From Thermoanaerobaculia bacterium (lineage in GTDB: Bacteria > Acidobacteriota > Thermoanaerobaculia > UBA5066), in the NCBI GenBank assembly GCA_963816185.1, contig CAWFJJ010000008.1, positions 256,001 to 320,000 on the forward strand: a DNA stretch of 64,000 bases, written 5' to 3'. The notes beneath the pieces are model-generated. The model was not told where the DNA came from. It searched no databases and worked only from the letters and a program-made list of their open reading frames with translations. The first letter of the stretch is position 1. Every line of letters begins with the position of its first letter. Made by a program: the position numbers and the translations under genes. This document shows, in pieces, positions 30,132 through 41,067 of the stretch.

Positions 30132-31449
30132 CGCTCACGGGCCGGGTCCGGCGTTCCTCTCCGAGGCGCCGAGGCCTTCGCTCCCGACGGCTTTCTTCCT
30201 GCCGGCGATCGCGCTTCTTCTCGCCGCGGCGGTCGCCGCGCCGTTCCTCGCGGCGAAGATGGCGGACTGGACGTACCAGCAGGAGATCCTGGCACTCGTT
30301 CACACCGTGACGCTGGGGTTCCTCCTGGCCGTCTTCCTCGGCGCCTCGGTGCAACTCCTTCCCGTCGTGGCGGGCGTCACCGTGACGCGAACGCCCCTCG
30401 TTCGTGCGGCGGCTGCCTGCTATTTCGTTGGCACGCTGGGAATGGTCTTCCACTTCGCCAAGCTGCGCTGGAACGGCCTCGTGGTGTCCGCCGCCATGGT
30501 GACGCTCGCGGTCATCCTCTTCTTCTTCGCGGTCCTGCCCGTGCTCGTGAAGGCCCCGCCCGGGCCCGTCCGGCTCGCCTTCGCCCTCGCCTATTCGGGC
30601 TTGGCGCTCACGATGACGGCGGGCCTCCTGATCGGGCTCGACCGCCGGCACGCGTTCCTGCCGGGGGCTCCGCTGGACCACCTCGCGGCTCACCTCAACC
30701 TCGGCCTCCTCGCCACCTTCACCGTGGCGATCTGGGGCGTGTCGTCGAAGCTCCTCCCGATGTTCCTTCTCGCGCCGGCTCCGAATCCGCGTCAGCAGAG
30801 CACGGCGCTCGTCCTTCTTTTCGGCGGCGCGGTCCTGCTCGCGGTCGCGCTTTGGCTCGGCTGGCCGGTCGCGCCTTTCGCGGCCCTCCCGGCGGTGGCG
30901 TTTCTCATTCAAGCGTCGCTCTTGCGGGACCTCCTGCGCGCGCGCCGCCGGGGGCGGATCGACGCCGGTTTCCGTTACGCGCTTTCGGCGTACGCGGATC
31001 TCTTCGCGGCGGGAGTCGTGGGCATCCTCATTGCGCTCGGCGTCGGGAAGGGAACCCTTCTCTCCCTGCGCCTGCCGTGGGTGTACGGATTCCTCCTCCT
31101 GGGAGGCTGGGTGCTGCAGACCGTCGTGGGCATCCTCTCGAAGATCCTCCCGTTCCTCGTGTGGCAGGCCGTCTATGCACGCCGCGCGGGCCTCGGGCCG
31201 CTCCCGAAGCTCGCGGATCTTTCCTCCGAGCGCCTCCAGATGGCCGGCTTCGTCCTCTTCCGGATCGCGACGGTGGCGATGGCCGTTGCGCTCTTCCGCG
31301 GCCACGTGGGCGAGCTGCGCGCCGCGACGATTCTCTTCGCGATCTCTCTCCTGCCCTTCGCCGGACACGTCGCCCTCGTCGTCTCGCACTTGAAAAAGCC
31401 GCGCGCCTTCGCCGCGCCCGCCGGAACCCGATATGCCTCCGCCCACTGA
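30103..31449 (+). CDS. Polytopic membrane protein (heme-copper oxidase subunit I/NnrS-like fold)
   Basis: About 12 TM segments; HTVTLGF..G..QLLPV, AHLNLG, KILPFL.W; typical partner of DUF2249 and DUF59 genes. Confidence 0.7.
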   Translation: MVMRSASGDSAHGPGPAFLSEAPRPSLPTAFFLPAIALLLAAAVAAPFLAAKMADWTYQQEILALVHTVTLGFLLAVFLGASVQLLPVVAGVTVTRTPLVRAAAACYFVGTLGMVFHFAKLRWNGLVVSAAMVTLAVILFFFAVLPVLVKAPPGPVRLAFALAYSGLALTMTAGLLIGLDRRHAFLPGAPLDHLAAHLNLGLLATFTVAIWGVSSKLLPMFLLAPAPNPRQQSTALVLLFGGAVLLAVALWLGWPVAPFAALPAVAFLIQASLLRDLLRARRRGRIDAGFRYALSAYADLFAAGVVGILIALGVGKGTLLSLRLPWVYGFLLLGGWVLQTVVGILSKILPFLVWQAVYARRAGLGPLPKLADLSSERLQMAGFVLFRIATVAMAVALFRGHVGELRAATILFAISLLPFAGHVALVVSHLKKPRAFAAPAGTRYASAH

Positions 31450-31741
31450 AGCCGACGTCCTGGACGCGCTCGAGCCCGTCATCGACCCGGAGCTCGGGCT
31501 CTCGGTCGTGGATCTGGGCCTCGTCTACGACGTGACGATCTCGCCCGAGGGCGCCGTGCACGTGACGTTCACGGCGACGACTCCCGGCTGCCCCGTGACG
31601 GAGATCCTCGCGTACGGGATCTTCCGGGCGGTCTCCGCTCTCGACGGCGTCACGGCGGTCTCCACGGAGCTCGTGTGGGAGCCGCCCTGGGAACCCTCCC
31701 GCATCGCGCCCGACGCGCTCCGGCGGCTCGAGGAGCGCTGA
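31433..31741 (+). CDS. SufT/PaaD-like metal-sulfur cluster assembly factor (DUF59)
   Basis: VIDPELGLSVVDLGLVY, TTPGCP, VWEPPW. Confidence 0.92.
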   Translation: MPPPTEADVLDALEPVIDPELGLSVVDLGLVYDVTISPEGAVHVTFTATTPGCPVTEILAYGIFRAVSALDGVTAVSTELVWEPPWEPSRIAPDALRRLEER

Positions 31742-32425
31742 TCAGTCCTCGGTCACCGTCTCGAGCGCCCGAAGGTTCGGGATTGTGAACTCATCGGGCC
31801 GGGTGATCACGACTTGCTCCTTTCCCCAACGGCTCATGACGCGAATGGCGGTCTCGACCGTCGTTGCGGTCATGTCCGCGATCTCCTGGCGGGAGAGCGC
31901 GAGCGGAATCGTCGCCCCCGCGCCCTCACTCCGCCCGACGCGCCGTGCGAGCATGAGGAAGAGCCGCGCGATCCGTTTCTCGACCGGACCGGTCAGGTCC
32001 GCGAGGCGGCGCGAGATCTCGAACTGCCTGAGCAAGAGGCCCTGCAGGAGGCGCCGGGTCATCTCGGGGTGCGCGTCGATCGTCGCGAAGAAATCCCGCT
32101 CGGGCACGCGCAAGATCGTCGACGGCTCGAGCGCGACGGCGGACGCGGGGAAGCGCTTGCCTTCGAAGAGCGCGACGGCGCCGATCGGCTCGCCCGCGCC
32201 GAAGAGGCCGAGGATCACGTCGCGATCCGGGCCCGCCTTGACGATCTTCACGCGGCCGATCGCGACGAAGCACAGGTCCGCGGCTTCGTCCCCTTCCCGG
32301 AAGACCTCTTCGCCCTTCTCGTAAACGACGGCCCGGCACACGGGGCCGAGGATCTTCCGCTCGTCCTCGTTGAGGCACCGGAAGAGCGGAACGGCGTCGA
32401 AGTGGGGAAGCGCGGACCCGGGCAC
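31742..32425 (-). CDS. Crp/Fnr-family transcriptional regulator (Dnr-like, no FNR Cys cluster)
   Basis: cNMP-like domain plus HTH LSRQEIADMTATTVETAIR. Confidence 0.92.
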   Translation of the reverse strand: MPGSALPHFDAVPLFRCLNEDERKILGPVCRAVVYEKGEEVFREGDEAADLCFVAIGRVKIVKAGPDRDVILGLFGAGEPIGAVALFEGKRFPASAVALEPSTILRVPERDFFATIDAHPEMTRRLLQGLLLRQFEISRRLADLTGPVEKRIARLFLMLARRVGRSEGAGATIPLALSRQEIADMTATTVETAIRVMSRWGKEQVVITRPDEFTIPNLRALETVTED

Positions 32426-32536
32426 GGGCGAAGCATAGAACGGCCGGCGGCCTCGAAAAGGAGACGGGCGGCACCTGGCAGCGCCGCCCGCTTTTCATCG
32501 CTCCGGCCTGGGCGCCGGAGCGCGGACCGGGAACCC

Positions 32537-33025
32537 TCAGGCTATTTTGCGGCTGGGCCCGAGGGCCTTCGGCGAGCCGGTTCCGATGGGAATCGACTTC
32601 GGCTTCGCCTCTTCCCGCTTCGGGAGGTCGACGTTGAGGACGCCGTCGGCGAGAGTCGCCGAGACCTTCGACACGTCGACGTTCGCCGGGAGCGCGAACG
32701 AGCGGTAGAACCGCCCGTAGGCACGCTCGACGCGATGGTAGTTCTTGTCCTTCTGTTCCTCCTCGAATTTCCTCTCGCCTTGGAGCGTGAGGGCGCCGTT
32801 CTCGACGTTGAGGGTCAGCTCCTCCTGCTTGAAGCCTGGCACTTCGAACTTGAACCCGAGGACGTCCTTCGTCTCGGTGACGTCCACTGGCGGAACCCAC
32901 GTGGCGGCAGGCATCTCCTCACCGAGTCCCCGTCCACCGAAGGGACTGATCTCCCCGAACAGCTTGTTGATCTGGTTTTGAAGCGTCTTCGTCTCCTTGA
33001 AGGGATCGTTCCAGCGCATCAGCAT
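32537..33025 (-). CDS. Hsp20/alpha-crystallin small heat-shock protein
   Basis: WVPPVDV.E, ERAYGRFYRSF.LP, DGVL.V.LPK. Confidence 0.95.
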   Translation of the reverse strand: MLMRWNDPFKETKTLQNQINKLFGEISPFGGRGLGEEMPAATWVPPVDVTETKDVLGFKFEVPGFKQEELTLNVENGALTLQGERKFEEEQKDKNYHRVERAYGRFYRSFALPANVDVSKVSATLADGVLNVDLPKREEAKPKSIPIGTGSPKALGPSRKIA

Positions 33026-33157
33026 CTCGAACCTCCTTTGGGTTACGTGCCTTGCGCGAACGGAACCTTGTCCTCGAGGCCTTTGTCGTCCGTCCCGTTT
33101 TCACCTATGGGACGGCCCGGAAGGAACGTCAAGATGCATCCGCATCAGGCCGTCTGC

Positions 33158-33808
33158 TCAGATTCCGAGCGCCATCACGACGACGCCCGTCGCGGCGATG
33201 AGGCAGCCCGCAACCGCGTCTCCCCAGTGGTCGAGCCACGGGAACCTGAGCCGCGAAATGCCGGCGCGCGCCGGCAGGACGAGCGCGATCATGGCGGTGA
33301 TCGTCGCCGCCTCGTAGAGGAGGACGATGCCCGCCGTGGGCGCCATCCCGAGCGGCGCCGCCGCGAAGAGGAGCGGAATGACCGCAACGCACGGGTCGGC
33401 CGAGAAAAGCACGAACAGCGACCACGACGTCGTTTTCGAGGCGTCGTGTACGTGATCGTAATGCGCGTGGGGATGGCCGTGGACCCTCCGGCCGGCCGCG
33501 CGACGCAGGCCCCACACTCCGTACGCGAGGCCGAACCCGATGAGCAGGATTCCGGCGACGGCTTCCATTCTCTTGCCCGCTGCCTCGAATACCTTGCGTC
33601 CGAACGCGAGCCCGAGGAGTCCGAGAAGAGCCGAGACCGTCACGTGCCCGAAGCCGCAGAGGAACGTGACACGGGCCGTCCTGCCGGCCGACCAGCCCTG
33701 CGCACGCGCGATTGCCGCGAAAGGCAGCCAGTGATCCGGCGCGAGCGTATGGAGCGCGCCGACAGAAATGGCCGCTGCACCCAAGGCGAGGAAGAGTCCG
33801 TGCCCCAT
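33158..33808 (-). CDS. Nickel/cobalt transporter (NiCoT/UreH-like)
   Basis: HTLAPDHW, GH motif, His-rich loop HGHPHAHYDHVH; follows hypB. Confidence 0.75.
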   Translation of the reverse strand: MGHGLFLALGAAAISVGALHTLAPDHWLPFAAIARAQGWSAGRTARVTFLCGFGHVTVSALLGLLGLAFGRKVFEAAGKRMEAVAGILLIGFGLAYGVWGLRRAAGRRVHGHPHAHYDHVHDASKTTSWSLFVLFSADPCVAVIPLLFAAAPLGMAPTAGIVLLYEAATITAMIALVLPARAGISRLRFPWLDHWGDAVAGCLIAATGVVVMALGI

Positions 33809-33814
33809 GTCAGG

Positions 33815-34506
33815 TCATTTCGAGGCGACGCTCGCGGGCGTCCGCGCGCGCTTGGCGGCGAGCTCTTCTTCGAGGAAGAGAGCCAGGCGCCCATTCCCTC
33901 GCCGGTGAAGGCGGAAACCTCGAGGAGTCGGCCCGCGGGATTGAGCGTGCGGACCTGCTCCCGCACGGCCGTGAGATCGAAGGGCACGTACGGGAGGAGA
34001 TCGGTCTTCGTGACGATCGTGACGGCGGCCCTCGAGAAGATCGCCGGGTACTTGAACGGCTTGTCTTCGCCTTCGGTCACGGAAAGGAGGACGACCTTGA
34101 AGTCCTCGCCGAGGTCGTAGGACGTCGGGCAGATCAGGTTGCCGACGTTCTCGATGAAGAGGATGTCGAGGGCGGCGAGGGCGCGGCCTTCCGCCTCCAG
34201 CGCGCGGTCGACCTGGCGGGCGTCGAGATGGCAGGAGCCGCCCGTGAGGATCTGCCGCGCCGGAATGCCCATGCGGCGCAGGCGCTCGGCGTCGCGCTCG
34301 GTCGCGATGTCGCCCTCGAGCGCACCGAGGTGCAGCGAAGCCTTCAGCGCTGCGGCGGTCTTCTCGAGGAACGTCGTCTTGCCCGAGCCCGGCGAGGAGA
34401 TGAGGTTCACGACGAGCGTGCCCGACGCCTCGAACCTCGCGCGAAGAGCCGCCGCGGCGGCGGCATTCGCGGCGAGCACCCCTTGTTTGACGTCCACCTC
34501 GATCAT
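33815..34506 (-). CDS. hypB: Hydrogenase nickel incorporation GTPase HypB; apparent frameshift near 33877 in the C-terminal tail
   Basis: SSPGSGKT, CHLDA, ENVGNLICP, EGEDKP.KYP; natural end WL.FLEEELAAK...* lies in the adjacent frame. Confidence 0.92.
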
Positions 34507-34568
34507 GGCTGGCCCGCAGACCGCTGTGCGGTCTGACCGGAGATGGGCGGGCCAGCGCTGCTCGCGAT

Positions 34569-34605
34569 GGGGGAAACACGGCCGTGTTTCCCCCCGACCC
34601 CCTTC
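34569..34605. repeat. REP-like palindrome
   Basis: Perfect 26-bp palindrome GGGGGAAACACGGCCGTGTTTCCCCC (34569-34594) plus tail CGACCCCCTTC in the hypA-hypB spacer. Confidence 0.65.
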
Positions 34606-34638
34606 ACCGCTCGAGAAACGTCAGTTAGTTCGCGCAAA

Positions 34639-35023
34639 TTACTCAGACAGCCTCCTTGCTCCTTCCGCAGGAACCGTTTCCTCGAAGACGACCCTCAGGA
34701 CGTCGAGGTCGTCGCCGCCCGAGACCGTGAGCGCGTCGCCGCAGCGCGGGCAGAGGCGGAGCCACGAGCCCGGCGCGCGGGCCGCGATCTCGCCGCACGA
34801 GCGGGCAGGTCTGGCGGGCGGGCCGGAAGTCCACCTCGAGCCTGGACGCCGCGTCCTCGGTGCCGGCCACGGCGGCCTCCCACGCGAATCCGAGAAGGTC
34901 GGGCTCCACGGCGGCGAGCTCGCCGACGGCGACGTGCACGATCTCGATCCGACCCGGCCCGCGGCCCGCGACGGCCTCGCGCGCGATGCGGCGGATCTCG
35001 ATGGCCAGGCCCATCTCGTGCAT
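34639..35023 (-). CDS. hypA: Hydrogenase maturation factor HypA; apparent 1-bp insertion near 34801
   Basis: MHEMGLA...VGELAAVEPD; the two CxxC motifs (CPSC, CPRC) are restored by removing one C. Confidence 0.88.
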
Positions 35024-36105
35024 CAGCAAATCCTCGGAAGCTGCTCTCCCGTGAGCAGGTCGACGATGCGCTGGCCGCCGATGCGGCTCTTGAGGAGGAC
35101 GGTGCCCCGCGGCTCCGCGAGGACCTCGCCGATGACCGCGGCGCTCCGGCCGAGCGGGTGCGCCTCGAGCAGGGCGAGCGCTTCGTCCGCGGCCTCGCGC
35201 GCCACGATCACGAGGCACTTGCCCTCGTTCGCAACGTAGAGCGGGTCGAGCCCGAGGATCTCGCAGGCTCCGCGCACCTCCTCGCCGATCGGAAGGCGCG
35301 CCTCTTCGAGGCGCATGCCGACGCCGGCCTGCGTGGCGATCTCGTGGAGCGTCGACGCGACGCCGCCGCGCGTCGGATCGCGCAGGACGTGGACCTTCTC
35401 GCCCAGCGCGCCGAGGAGGTCCGCGACGAGGCCATTGAGGGCGGCCGTGTCGCTCGCGAGCGTCGTCTCGAAGCGGAGGCCCTCGCGCAGCGACATGATC
35501 GCGATTCCGTGCACGGCGATCTCGCCGCTCACGAGGATGACGTCGCCGGGGCGTGCGCGCTTCGGCGAGATCACGATGCCAGGCGCCACGAGACCGACCC
35601 CGCTGACGTTGATGAAGACGCCGTCGCCCTTGCCGCGGTCCACGACCTTCGTGTCGCCCGTGACGATCGGGACGCCCGCGCCGGCGGCGGCCGCCTGCAT
35701 CGAGGCGACGATGCGGGAGAGATCGCTGAGCGGGAGCCCTTCCTCGAGGATGAGACCCGCCGAGAGAGCGACCGGCTGCGCGCCGCACATCGCGAGGTCG
35801 TTCACCGTGCCGTGCACGGCGAGCGAGCCGATGTCGCCGCCCGGGAAGAAAAGAGGGCTGATGACGAACGAATCCGTCGAGAACGCGAGGCGTGCGCCGC
35901 CCGCCTCGAAGACCGCGCCGTCATGCAGCTCGCGAAGCGCCGTGTTGTCGAAGCTCTTGAGGAAGACGTCCTCGATCAGGCGCTGCGTCATCCGGCCGCC
36001 GCCGCCGTGCGCGAGAAGAACGGTCTCCCCTTCGCCGGCGGAAACCGGGCAGCTCGCCGCGAGCAGCGCCGCGCCGGGATCACCGGCCGTGTCCTTCGCG
36101 CTCAC
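35023..36105 (-). CDS. hypE: Hydrogenase maturation protein HypE
   Basis: [30 protein letters not shown]-terminal PRIC. Confidence 0.95.
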   Translation of the reverse strand: MSAKDTAGDPGAALLAASCPVSAGEGETVLLAHGGGGRMTQRLIEDVFLKSFDNTALRELHDGAVFEAGGARLAFSTDSFVISPLFFPGGDIGSLAVHGTVNDLAMCGAQPVALSAGLILEEGLPLSDLSRIVASMQAAAAGAGVPIVTGDTKVVDRGKGDGVFINVSGVGLVAPGIVISPKRARPGDVILVSGEIAVHGIAIMSLREGLRFETTLASDTAALNGLVADLLGALGEKVHVLRDPTRGGVASTLHEIATQAGVGMRLEEARLPIGEEVRGACEILGLDPLYVANEGKCLVIVAREAADEALALLEAHPLGRSAAVIGEVLAEPRGTVLLKSRIGGQRIVDLLTGEQLPRIC

Positions 36106-36112
36106 GTCGAGC

Positions 36113-37202
36113 TCACACGGCTCTCGCGTAGAGGTAATAGGCGGCGCACGCGCCCTCGGACGACACCATGGGCGCGCCGAGCGGGATGCTCCGGCGTGCA
36201 GCGCGTCCCGAACGCCGAGCAGCCGCTCGGCTTCTTCCGGCCCTGCAGGATCTCTCCCGCGATGCATTCCTTCGGCTCGTCGGCGGTGATGTCCGCGACG
36301 TCGAACCGCGCCGTGGCATCGAACGCCGCGTACGCCGGCCGCAACCGGTAGCCGCTCTTCGGGATCACGCCGATGCCGCGCCAGGCGCGGTCGCAGGGCT
36401 CGAAGACCTCGGCGAGAACGGCTCGAGCGGCGCGATTCCCTTCGGCCGTCACCGTACGCGTGTACTGGTTCTCGACGCCGACGCGCCCCTCCTCGAGCGC
36501 CGAGACCGCCATGTGGACGCCCTGGAGGAGGTCGAGAGGCTCGAAGCCCGTGACGATCATCGGGAGGCGGTACCGCGCCGCGAGCGGCCCGTACTCGGAC
36601 GTGCCCATGACGGCGCAGACGTGTCCCGCGAGGAGGAACGCCTGCACGCGATTCGCGGGAGACGAGAGAATCGCCTCGACCGCGGGCGGCACGAGGACGT
36701 GCGACGTGAGGATCGAGAAGTTCGGGAGGCCGAGCTGCTTCGCCCTCTTCACCGCCATGGCGTTCGCGGGAGCCGTGGTCTCGAAGCCCACGGCGAAGAA
36801 CACGACCTCGCGACCCGGGTTCTGCTCGGCGAGGCGCACCGCGTCGAGCGGCGAATAGACCATCCGCACGTCGCCGCCCTGCGCCTTGACGGCGAGGAGG
36901 CTCGTCGTCGAGCCGGGCACGCGCAGCATGTCGCCGAAAGACGTGAAGATCACGCCGGGGCGCCGCGCGATCGCGAGGGCGCGGTCGATCTGGGTGAGGG
37001 GCGTGACGCATACGGGGCAGCCCGGCCCGTGCACGAGCGTGATCTCGGGCGGGAGCATGCGGTCGATGCCCGACCTGAGGAGCGTGTGCGTCTGCCCGCC
37101 GCAGATCTCCATGAGCGTCCACGGACGCGTCACGCGCGCGCGGATCGCGCGGACGAAAGCCTGCGCGTCCTCCTCGCGACGGTACTCGTCCACGAAGCGC
37201 AT
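36113..37202 (-). CDS. hypD: Hydrogenase maturation protein HypD; apparent 1-bp insertion near 36184
   Basis: [23 protein letters not shown]; terminal [12 protein letters not shown] in the adjacent frame. Confidence 0.93.
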
Positions 37203-37468
37203 CAGGACTCCGATGCAGGCTGCGGGACGTCGAGCTCGGAGAGCTCGCCCAGCTCCTTCAACGTCCGGAAGACCTCGAGGGCATGGTCCTCGTCGAGCCT
37301 GCTGATGGCGAATCCCACGTGCACGAGCACCCAGTCGCCCGGGACGACTTCGGGCGTGTAGGCGAGGCACACCTCTTTCGTGATGCCGCCGAAGCTCACG
37401 ACGCCCATCGTCATGTCGAGCGCGCTCTTCTCGATTTTCACGACTTGTCCCGGAACGCCCAGACACAT
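37202..37468 (-). CDS. hypC: Hydrogenase chaperone HypC
   Basis: [18 protein letters not shown]. Confidence 0.95.
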   Translation of the reverse strand: MCLGVPGQVVKIEKSALDMTMGVVSFGGITKEVCLAYTPEVVPGDWVLVHVGFAISRLDEDHALEVFRTLKELGELSELDVPQPASES

Positions 37469-37505
37469 GGAGCACCCCACGATCGCAACATACACAGCAA
37501 GGCCG

Positions 37506-39801
37506 TCAGGCGATCCGATGCAGATGCTTTAAGTGTCGCGCCCCGGCGAGAACCTGCCCCAGGGAGATCCCCCCGTCGTTGGGGGGCGCCTCGCGGTGGA
37601 GGAGCACCGCGAAACCGAGGGCCGAGAGACGTTCCGCCGCCCGCTCGAGAAGCAGCCGGTTTTGGAAGCATCCGCCCGTGAGGGCGACGTGCGCCTCGCC
37701 GGCGGCCTCGGCGGTTCGCGCGATGGCGTCCACGAGGGAATTGTGGAAGCGCGCCGCGAGGCGGCCGGCATTAACGCGGTTCCCGAGATCCTCGAGGAGA
37801 GCGCGAAGGAGAGGCTCCCAATCCAGGAGGGCGGGTGCGCCCTCGCGCGGCACGAGCGGGAGCGGCCAGGCCCCATCCTCGTGCGGGTCGGCCGCCGCCT
37901 CGAGGGCCATCGCGGCCTGGCCCTCGTAGCGGGTCCGCTGCGAAAGGCCGAGGAGCGCGGCCACGGCGTCGAAGAGGCGCCCCGCGCTCGTCGTCACGGG
38001 CGCGTTCAAGCCGTTCTCGAGCATCTGCGCAAGAAGCGTCCGCTCTTTCGGAGAAAAGGCACGCACGGGCGCGAGGTCCTCTCGTGAGAGCGCGCCGCTT
38101 CCGAAGATTTCGAACAGAACGGCGAGGGCCGCGCGACGCGGCTCGCGGACCGCGGCCTCGCCGCCCGGCAGGCGGAACGGTCGGAGGTGTGCGAAGCGCG
38201 TGAAGCCGCCGGCGTCGCCTCTGAGGAACTCTCCGCCCCAGACGCGTTCCGTCCGTCCCGTAGCCCGTGCCGTCCCACGTGACTCCGAGCGCGGGTCCCG
38301 GCGTCTCATTTTCGGCGAGGCACGACACGAGATGCGCGTGGTGGTGCTGGACGGCGAAGGAGGGGATGCCCTGTGCGACCGCCCATTCCTTTGCCCAGCG
38401 CGTGGAGGGATAGCCGGGGTGGAGGTCGTGCGCGACGAGGGCGGGGCGCGCCTCGTACAGCCTCAGGAAGTCCGCGATGACGCGCCGGAAGGCGTTCATG
38501 GCTTCGGGAGTCTCGAGGTCTCCGATGTGCTGGGAAAGGAAGACGTGGCGGCCGAGCCCGAGCGCCACCGCCGTCTTCATGTGCGCGCCCACGGCGAGGA
38601 TGACCGGCAGCTCCTCGGCCACGAGCACGGGCAGCGGGGCATATCCCCGGGCGCGCCGAAGGACGCGGGGCGCGCCGGCCGCAATGCGCACGACGCTGTC
38701 GTCGGCGTGCCGCTCGATCGGCCGGTCGTGCACGAGGAAGACGTCGGCCATTCCCGAGAGCCGCGAGAGCGCCTCGTGCTCGTCGATGCAGATCGGCTCC
38801 TCGCTCAAGTTCCCGCTCGTGGCGACGAGAGGGGCGTCGACGGCACGCAGCAGAAGGTGGTGGAGCGGCGTCGAGGGGAGCATCAGCCCGAGCTCCGGCT
38901 TGCCCGGCGCGACGGCCCGGGAAACGGTCTCTTGGCCGAGGCGGGGCAAGAGGACGATGGGCGCCTCGGCGGACTCGAGGAGCGCCGCGGCGGCGGGAGA
39001 GATCTCCGCGAGCGACCGCGCGGCGGCGAGATCCCTCACCATGAGGGCGAAAGGCTTGTCTTCGCGTGCTTTGCGGGCGCGGAGCCGTGAGACGGCGTCC
39101 CCGTTCCGCGCGTCGCACATCAGATGGAAACCGCCGAGGCCCTTGCACGCCAGGACGTCGCCTCGAAGGAGCACGTCCGCAGCGGCCGCAAGCGCCTCGT
39201 CTCCTCGCGCGAGCCCTTCACCGGACCTGGTCCAGGCCGCGAGCTGCGGCCCGCAGGCGGGACAGGCCGTCGGCTGAGCGTGAAAGCGGCGATCGAGAGG
39301 ATCCTCGTACTCGGCTCGGCAGGCCGCGCAGAGAGGAAAGCCCGACATCGTCGTGTTCTTCCGGTCGTAGGGGAGATCGCGGACGATCGTGAAGCGCGGA
39401 CCGCAGTTCGTGCAGTTCGTGAAGGGATAGCGGAAGCGGCGGTTCGAAGGGTCGAGGATCTCCGCGAGGCAGTCGGAGCACGTCCCGATGTCGGGCAGGA
39501 CGAGGACCGATTTGATTCCTCCCGCGCCGCTCGTTTCGATGCGAAACGTCTCTTCTCCGGCGGGTGGGAGCCACGACTCGAGAATCTCGTGAATCCGTGC
39601 CCGCGGAGGCGCCGCTTCGCGCAGCCGCGCCCGGAACGCGGCGATCCCGTCCGCCTCTCCCTCCACCTCCAAGAAGAGTCCGCGAGCGTCGTTGCGCACC
39701 CAGCCGCCGAGGCCGAGGCTCGTCGCGACGCGGTACACGTGCGGCCGGAATCCCACGCCCTGTACGGCCCCGCGCACCTCGAGTCTCAACCTTTGACGCA
39801 T
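37506..39801 (-). CDS. hypF: Carbamoyltransferase HypF; apparent 1-bp insertion near 38245
   Basis: GAVQGVGFRP, CxxC zinc fingers, QHHHAH, DGTGYG|VWGGE, PPNDGGISLGQ, split over ORFs 37771..39801 and 37506..38309. Confidence 0.93.
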
Positions 39802-39837
39802 GACGTCACGGAATTTAACCTCGAACGATCACGCAAG

Positions 39838-39855
39838 ATGATTCATCTGAATGAT
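39838..39855. promoter_or_regulatory. Putative operator ATGATTCA-N2-TGAATCAT-like (hyp/hyb divergent promoter)
   Basis: ATGATTCATCTGAATGAT; related site at 52153-52170 before the second hydrogenase. Confidence 0.5.
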
Positions 39856-39932
39856 TGCGTCGTTTCGCTCGCGAACCTAATTGTGACTCTCAAGTACTTA
39901 GGTTGAGGGCCAAGTACGCGTTGGAGGGTCAA

Positions 39933-41066
39933 ATGACTTCTGTCGGTGCAAGTGTGCGCGATCCACTCCTCGCCTCAAACGATGGATCCAACCGGCGCGA
40001 CTTCATGAAAGTCGCCCTGATGGCGGGCGCCGCCGTCGGATTGCCCGCGGCGCTCTCGGAGCAAATGGCCGAAGCCGCCGTGAAGGGCGTCAAGCCGTCG
40101 GTCATCTGGCTGCACTTCCAGGAGTGCACCGGCTGCACTGAGTCGCTGCTCAGGACCGCGCACCCTGACCTTTCGGAACTGCTCCTCGACCTCATCTCCC
40201 TCGACTACCACGAGACGCTCTTCGCCGCGGCCGGGCACCAGGCGGAGGCCGCGCTCCAGAAGGCGATGAAGGAGAACGCCGGAAAGTACGTGTGCATCGT
40301 GGAGGGCGCGATCCCCACGAAGGACGACGGCGTCTACTGCAAGATCGGCGGAAGAACGGCGGTCGACATCCTGAACGATGTCGCGGGGAAGGCAGGCGCG
40401 ATCATCGCGATCGGCTCGTGCGCGTCGTGGGGCGGCCTCCCGTCGGCCGACCCGAACCCGACCGGCGCCACGGGCGCACCCATGATTCTCAAGGGCAAGA
40501 CCGTCGTGTCGATCCCCGGCTGCCCCGCGAACCCCTACAACCTGCTCGGCACCGTGTTGCAGTTCGCGGTGTTCGGCACGCTTCCGGCGCTCGACGAGAA
40601 GGGGCGTCCCAAATTCGCGTACGGCCGCACGATTCACGAGGACTGCCCGCGCCGCGCGCATTTCGACGCCGGCCGCTTCGCCGAGAAGTTCGGCGACGAG
40701 AACCACCGCCTGGGCTACTGCCTGTACAAGACGGGCTGCAAGGGTCCGGCGACGCACGCAAACTGCTCCACGCAGAACTTCGGCGAAGTGGTCGGCGCCT
40801 GGCCGGTCGGAATCGGGCATCCGTGCTTCGGCTGCACGGAGCAGAAGCTCGCGTTCCGGGTCGCGCTCCACGACACCGTGGACATCGACCGCCCCGTGCC
40901 GCCCGACACGTATCCGCCCCTTCACGCTCGGCAGGGGAGGGTCGGGGCCGTCGCGGCGGGCCTCGCGGGTCTCGCGGGAGGCGCGCTGATCGGCGCCGGC
41001 CTCGTCGCGGCGAAGAAGCTCGGAGAGAGCCCCGGCAGCGGCAAGGACGCGGGAAAGGAAGGGTGA
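39933..41066 (+). CDS. hybO: [NiFe] hydrogenase small subunit (Hyb/group 1c-type)
   Basis: Tat RRDFMK, ECTGCTES, IPGCP, HEDC, CLYKTGCKGP, GHPCFGC, C-terminal TM. Confidence 0.9.
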   Translation: MTSVGASVRDPLLASNDGSNRRDFMKVALMAGAAVGLPAALSEQMAEAAVKGVKPSVIWLHFQECTGCTESLLRTAHPDLSELLLDLISLDYHETLFAAAGHQAEAALQKAMKENAGKYVCIVEGAIPTKDDGVYCKIGGRTAVDILNDVAGKAGAIIAIGSCASWGGLPSADPNPTGATGAPMILKGKTVVSIPGCPANPYNLLGTVLQFAVFGTLPALDEKGRPKFAYGRTIHEDCPRRAHFDAGRFAEKFGDENHRLGYCLYKTGCKGPATHANCSTQNFGEVVGAWPVGIGHPCFGCTEQKLAFRVALHDTVDIDRPVPPDTYPPLHARQGRVGAVAAGLAGLAGGALIGAGLVAAKKLGESPGSGKDAGKEG

Positions 41067-41067
41067 C

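Noticed and set aside
32085-32098. Partial matches to the intragenic motif (CGAAGAAATCCCG here; GCTAAGAAACCC near 52719)
   Set aside because: Too short or degenerate and unpaired; not counted as copies.
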